A DNA stretch of 64,000 nucleotides from Eledone cirrhosa. Taxonomy: Eukaryota. Below the pieces are notes generated by a model, which did not search any database, was not told the origin of the DNA, and saw only the letters and a program-made list of their open reading frames with translations. This document shows positions 58,459 to 64,000 of this stretch, piece by piece. The stretch covers positions 53,010,001 through 53,074,000 of the forward strand of contig OZ024748.1 of assembly GCA_964016885.1 (NCBI GenBank). Reading direction: 5' to 3'. How positions within the stretch are numbered: position 1 is the first letter of the stretch; each line of letters starts with the position of its first letter. Both the position numbers and the translations under genes were made by a program.

Positions 58459-60155
58459 TCTGGCTGGCTAACTGACTGACTAGTGGTATAGTTGACTGGC
58501 TGGCTGGGTGAATGGTTAGCTGGATGGTTGGTTAGATAGCTGGGTAGGTTGGGTAGGTGACTGGCTGGTTTTATTACTGGGTAGCTCGTTTGAAGTTTGG
58601 CTAACTGGATGGTTGCTTAGCAAGTTGGCTGGCTGGTTGGTTGGTTGGCGTGTTTGTTGGTTGGTTTGATGGTTTGTTGGCTGGCTGGTTGATTGCTTGG
58701 CAGGTTGGCTGATTGCTTGGCAGGTTGGCTGATTGCTTGGCAGGTTGGCTGATTAGCTGGCTGGTTGGCTGGTTAGCTGGTTGTTTGGCAGTTGGTTGGT
58801 TAGTTGGATTGCTGGTTGGTTGGCTTGTTGATTGGTTGGTTGGCTGATTGGATTGCAGGTTGGTTGACTTGTTGATTGGTTGGTTGGCTGATTGGATTGC
58901 AGGTTGGTTGACTTGTTGATTGGTTGGTTGGCTGGTTGGATTGCTGGCTGGTTGGCTTGTTGGTTGGTTGGCTGGTTAGATTGCTGGCTGGTTGGCTTGT
59001 TGATTGGTTGGTTGGCTGGTTGGATTGCTGGTTGATGAGCTTGTTGATTGGCTGGTTGGCTGGCTGGTTGGTTAGTTGATTGGTTGATTGGCTGGCTGGC
59101 TGGTTGATTTGTAAGTTGACTGACTAGTTGGCTGGATGGGTGGTTAATTGGTTGGCTGGTTGGCTGACTGGCTGGCTGGAGGCTCTCTGGCTGGCTGGTT
59201 GATTGTTTGCCTTATTGTTTGGTTGACTGGTTGGCTGGCTGGCTGGCTGGGTTCCCTATGGGGCCCAGCTTGGGACATGGAAATAAACTGGCAAACACAA
59301 TTCACAGGGACTTTGATGGGGGTGGGGGAATAGAACGGTGACGTAAAAGAATATATTAGATGGGCAAACTAACAACGACAAAAATGTGCATGAAGAAGAG
59401 AGGTTATAGGAAGTTTGATGAGCAGGTAGGAAAATGTACTAGAGTAGGAGATAGAAGGATGGTGGTGGTGGTGGTGGTGGTGGGTTCAGGCAGAGGTAAA
59501 ACAGAGAGAGAGAATTTGATGAGACTGATGAGGATTAAAATGATGGAAATGCAATGGTACATGGTTGAATTGCTAGATTGTTTTGTTAACAATTCCAGTT
59601 GTGACGATTTCCCTGGTGCGAAAAAAAGAAAAAAAATGCTTGTTTTTTTTTTGTAAGTTGTTAATTTTTATTTTTTTTATTTTTCCTTTTAAACATTACT
59701 AACAATATTATAATTATTATCATTATTATCATTATTGTTGTTGTTGTTGTTGTTGTTACTGTTATTATTATTACTGTTGTTGTTGTTGTTATTATTATTA
59801 TTATTATTATTATTGTTATTACTGTTATTGCTTGCTAGTCATCTTGTCTTGTCTTGTCTTGGCAAATGATTTCTTCTACATCTTCTCATCTCGGTCATCT
59901 TGAGGCATTCCTCTTTTGTCTGTTAATGAGAATTCTGGCAAATAGCTCTTCTGGGACCGGCGCCAGTAAAATGTCCAATCAAATGATTCAAAACACTGAC
60001 AAGTATACTTGCCAAAACCAAACAACAAACTTGTCATCGTTTTGCCTGAGAAGATCATTTACTCACACACACACATATATATATATATACTGTTGTACAT
60101 ATATACATATGTCTATACTGACATATATACATGTGTCCATACACACACAAAACTA

Positions 60156-60238
<83 letters not shown>

Positions 60239-60320
60239 ATATATATATATATATATGCATGCATATAATATATGTGTATATGAATGTATATATATAAATG
60301 AATGAATGGCGAATTCTTTG

Positions 60321-60360
<40 letters not shown>

Positions 60361-61859
60361 AGCAAAGAATATATATCTATGTATGTGTGTATGTATATGT
60401 ATGTATATATGTATACGTATGTATGTATATGTATGTATATATATATATATATGCATGTATATATGTATATATAGGTATGTTTGGGATTAATTTCTTACCT
60501 GTTTTGCAAAGAAATCATTTTAACAGATTGTCTGACTAAATTTCTTTTTCTATTTGTTTGCCACCACCACCATCATCATCACCATTATCACCCCCACCCC
60601 CACTGCATCCACCACCACCTCTAATACCTCCTCCACCAACACTGCCTCCTCTACCACCACCACCACCCCTACCTCCACTGCAATTATCACCACAGCCACT
60701 GCCTCCACAACCATTACCACCACCACCACCACTGCTTCCACCACTATAACCATTACCACCACTGCCTCCACAACCATAACCATTACCACCACCACCACCA
60801 CCACCACTGCTTCCACCACCAACACCATCACCACCAACACAGCCTCCTCTGTCACTATCACCATCACCACTGCTATCATTATCATTCCAATCACCAACAC
60901 TGCCACCACCACCTCCATCATCATCAACACCACCTGTGCCACCACCACCACCAACACCACTACAACCCTCATCATCAACTCCATCACCATAACCACCACC
61001 ACCATCAACACCAATACTGCCACCACTACCATCAACAGCCCCTCCACTACCACCACCATCAGCACCAACCACCATCACCCCCTCCACTACCACCACCATC
61101 AGCACCACCCCCATCACCCCTCCACTACCACCCACACCCATCAGCACCACCACTGTCACCCCTACCATCAACACCCCATCCACTACCACCACCATCAGCA
61201 CCACCCCCATCACCACCACCACTACCACCACTACCACTACTACCATCAACACCCCCTCCACTACCATCAGCACCACCCCATCACCCCCTCCACTACCACC
61301 CCCATAAGCAGCACCCCCATCAACACCCCCTCCACTAACACCACCATCAGCACCACCTCCATCACCACCACCACTGTCACCCCTACCATCAACACCCTGT
61401 CCACTACCACCACCACCATCAGCAGCCCCCCCCCCAATCACCACTACCACCACTACCATAAACACCCCCCTCCACTACCACCACCATTAGCACAGCCCCC
61501 ATCACCCCCACCGCCACTACCACCATTATCACCCTTTGGCTTCCCCTCATCCTCCACTTCACCATAATTAGCTTTGCTCTAATTACCACCACCACCACCT
61601 CCTCCACTGCCGCCACCACCACCACCACCTCCTCCACCATCACCACCACCACCACCACCACCTCCACCTCCACCACCACCACCACCACCTCCTCCACCAC
61701 CACCACCTCCACGACCATCATCATCATCAGTAGTTGCATGAGTGAGAAGAATATCACTAACAACATTATCATCATCAACATTATCATGAAAATCAGCATT
61801 AACACTATTATCAACATTATCACCACTTGCATCCCTCCCCTCCTTTTCCTTTCCCATGT

Positions 61860-62120
61860 AGCACATGTAAATGTTGATGGTTGGTCCAAGGGTAATGTAT
61901 CTGTCTTCAGTTCTTCCAGCCTGGTCCACCACGTGACCTCTATTCTCCCCTGGCCCCTAAACCTGAGTAAAACTGCCTGGACTGCCCCCTTTTCTAGCCA
62001 ATTGAAGGAAATCATTGGGAGGATGTTCAGTAGGGAGTCAGCTGGTAGACAGATACATCCTACACAGGTCAACAGCTGTGCAACAAAACTCCACAGGTCA
62101 GCAATCGATGGACACTGTAT
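61860..62120 (-). mobile_element. Probable L1/Tx1-type LINE C-terminal fragment
   Basis: IQCPSIADLWSFVAQLL...VTWWTR resembles the region after the CCHC knuckle of Tx1-type ORF2. Confidence 0.5.
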
Positions 62121-62420
62121 GGACACTGTATAGACACTGTATGGACACTGTATGGACACTGTATGGACACTGTATGGACACTGTATGGACAGTACATGGA
62201 CACTGTATAGACACTGTATGGACACTGTATGGACACTGTATGGACAGTACATGGACACTGTATAGACACTGTATGGACACTGTATGGACACTGTATGGAC
62301 ACTGTATGGACACTGTATAGACACTGTATGGACAGTACATGGACACTGTATAGACACTGTATAGACACTGTATGGACACTGTATGGACACTGTATGGACA
62401 CTGTATGGACAGTGTATGGT
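62108..62420. repeat. 11-bp minisatellite ATGGACACTGT, ~28 copies
   Basis: Directly visible. Confidence 0.95.
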
Positions 62421-64000
62421 CAATATGTGGGCACTGTATTGACATCATCATCATCAACCTCACCATTTTACGTCCATTCTTCGACGCTAGCATGGGTTAG
62501 ATGGGTTGTCCTGTTGTGGGCAATGCCAGGTCAGGTGACCTTGTCTTGCTCATACGGGAATTGATTTTGGCTTGATTTCTACAGCTGGATGCCCTTCCTA
62601 ACACCAACCTCATTTACAGTGAGTGCTGGGTGCTTTTTTGTCATGACACCTCCACAACCATTTTGCAGCGATACTATATATAAACTCTATACAAATGTTA
62701 TGCTATGCAGTTCAGTTGTTTAACATTCACATTATTTACCATATTTTGTGCTACAGTGTGCTAATTGCTTTCAGAACTCATTAATAACATTCCTCAGTTA
62801 ATAATTAGTTCTAATTAACTATAATTAATTAGTGTGATGTTAAGTAACTCAGTGCTTCAGAACCATAAAATAGAAATAAAGTATTTAGATGTAGTTTATT
62901 GTATATTTCTATCATTTCTACATCTGAAGTTATAAAACATGGACATATGGTCGCAGACTACCACCACCTGCTACAACAACTACCACTACTACCACTGCTA
63001 CAACAACTATCACTACTACCACTGCTACAACCATTACTACAACTAGCACTACAAATATCACCACTACCAATTCACCATTACTACCACCACTACTACAACT
63101 ACAACCACTACCACTACAAATATCACCACTACTATAACCACAACCACTACCACTACAAATATCACCACTACCACAACCACTACTAGAACTACCACTACTA
63201 CAACCATTACCACAACTACTACAACACTATCACCACTACCACAACTACAACTACTACAAATATCACCACTACTAAAACCACTACCACTACCACAATCACA
63301 TCCACTACTACAACCACTACCACAACCACTACTACAATCACTACCAACATCACTACTGTTACAACCACTACCTATCTCACCACCACTACCAACACCACCA
63401 CCACCAACAACATCACCACCACAACCACCACAGCCACTACCTATCTCACTACCACTACCAACACCACCACCACCAACATCACTATCACCACCACCACCAC
63501 AACCACTACCTATCGCACCACCACAACCACCACCACCACCACCATAACCACTACCAACATCAACACCACAACCACCACCACCACCACCACTACCTATCTC
63601 ACCACCACCACCACCACCACCACCACCACCACCACCACCTAAGAGGTACAATCTTTTATTTATGTATGTTTTGTTAAGTAAGCTATTTGTAAATCTATTA
63701 AGCTAAGTAATGTTGAACCATTAGTATTCTTCAGTGGCATATCTAGTTAACATAGGAAGCAGGTGTAATACCATTGTTTATATTAAATTCAAACTAATCC
63801 TAGTACAAATACTCCACCAATATACCAGAAACAGCAGTCTATCATAAAACAATAGCCTACTTTTAACCTAACCATTGGTTTCTGACCACCCATCGACACT
63901 TACAACTGTACATGCAATTGCATGTACAGTTTGGTTTCATTTGCACACAAATACTTTTACACGTGAATACTTTAATACTTTCCTTATTTTCTCTGAAGAT

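Noticed and set aside
62750-62810. Hammerhead on minus (CTGAGGA...GAAAGC)
   Set aside because: Stem II base unpaired and no NUH

Overview
AT-rich eukaryotic (animal) DNA packed with microsatellites and transposon remnants. The SINE families and the density of (TA)n/(CA)n/(GAT)n resemble an octopod cephalopod genome (inference, no database search). No host protein-coding gene can be established; almost all listed ORFs are translations of simple repeats. Recognisable content: two tRNA-derived SINE families, RTE, CR1/L2, R4/Dong, CRE and probable Tx1 LINE fragments, hAT and mariner MITEs, a non-autonomous Helitron, a decayed piggyBac-like transposase, many minisatellites, a 60-bp satellite and a 200-N gap. 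The main hidden signal is about a dozen type I hammerhead ribozyme (HHR) motifs, intact or degenerate, from several unrelated sequence families. They were found by hand-pairing CUGANGA...GAAA...NUH cores. Most abut (TA)n tracts, several lie in fold-back palindromes, and GIY-YIG endonuclease remnants occur in the window, which matches pseudo-LTRs of Penelope-like elements (PLEs). All folds are by eye and unverified computationally; repeat boundaries are approximate.
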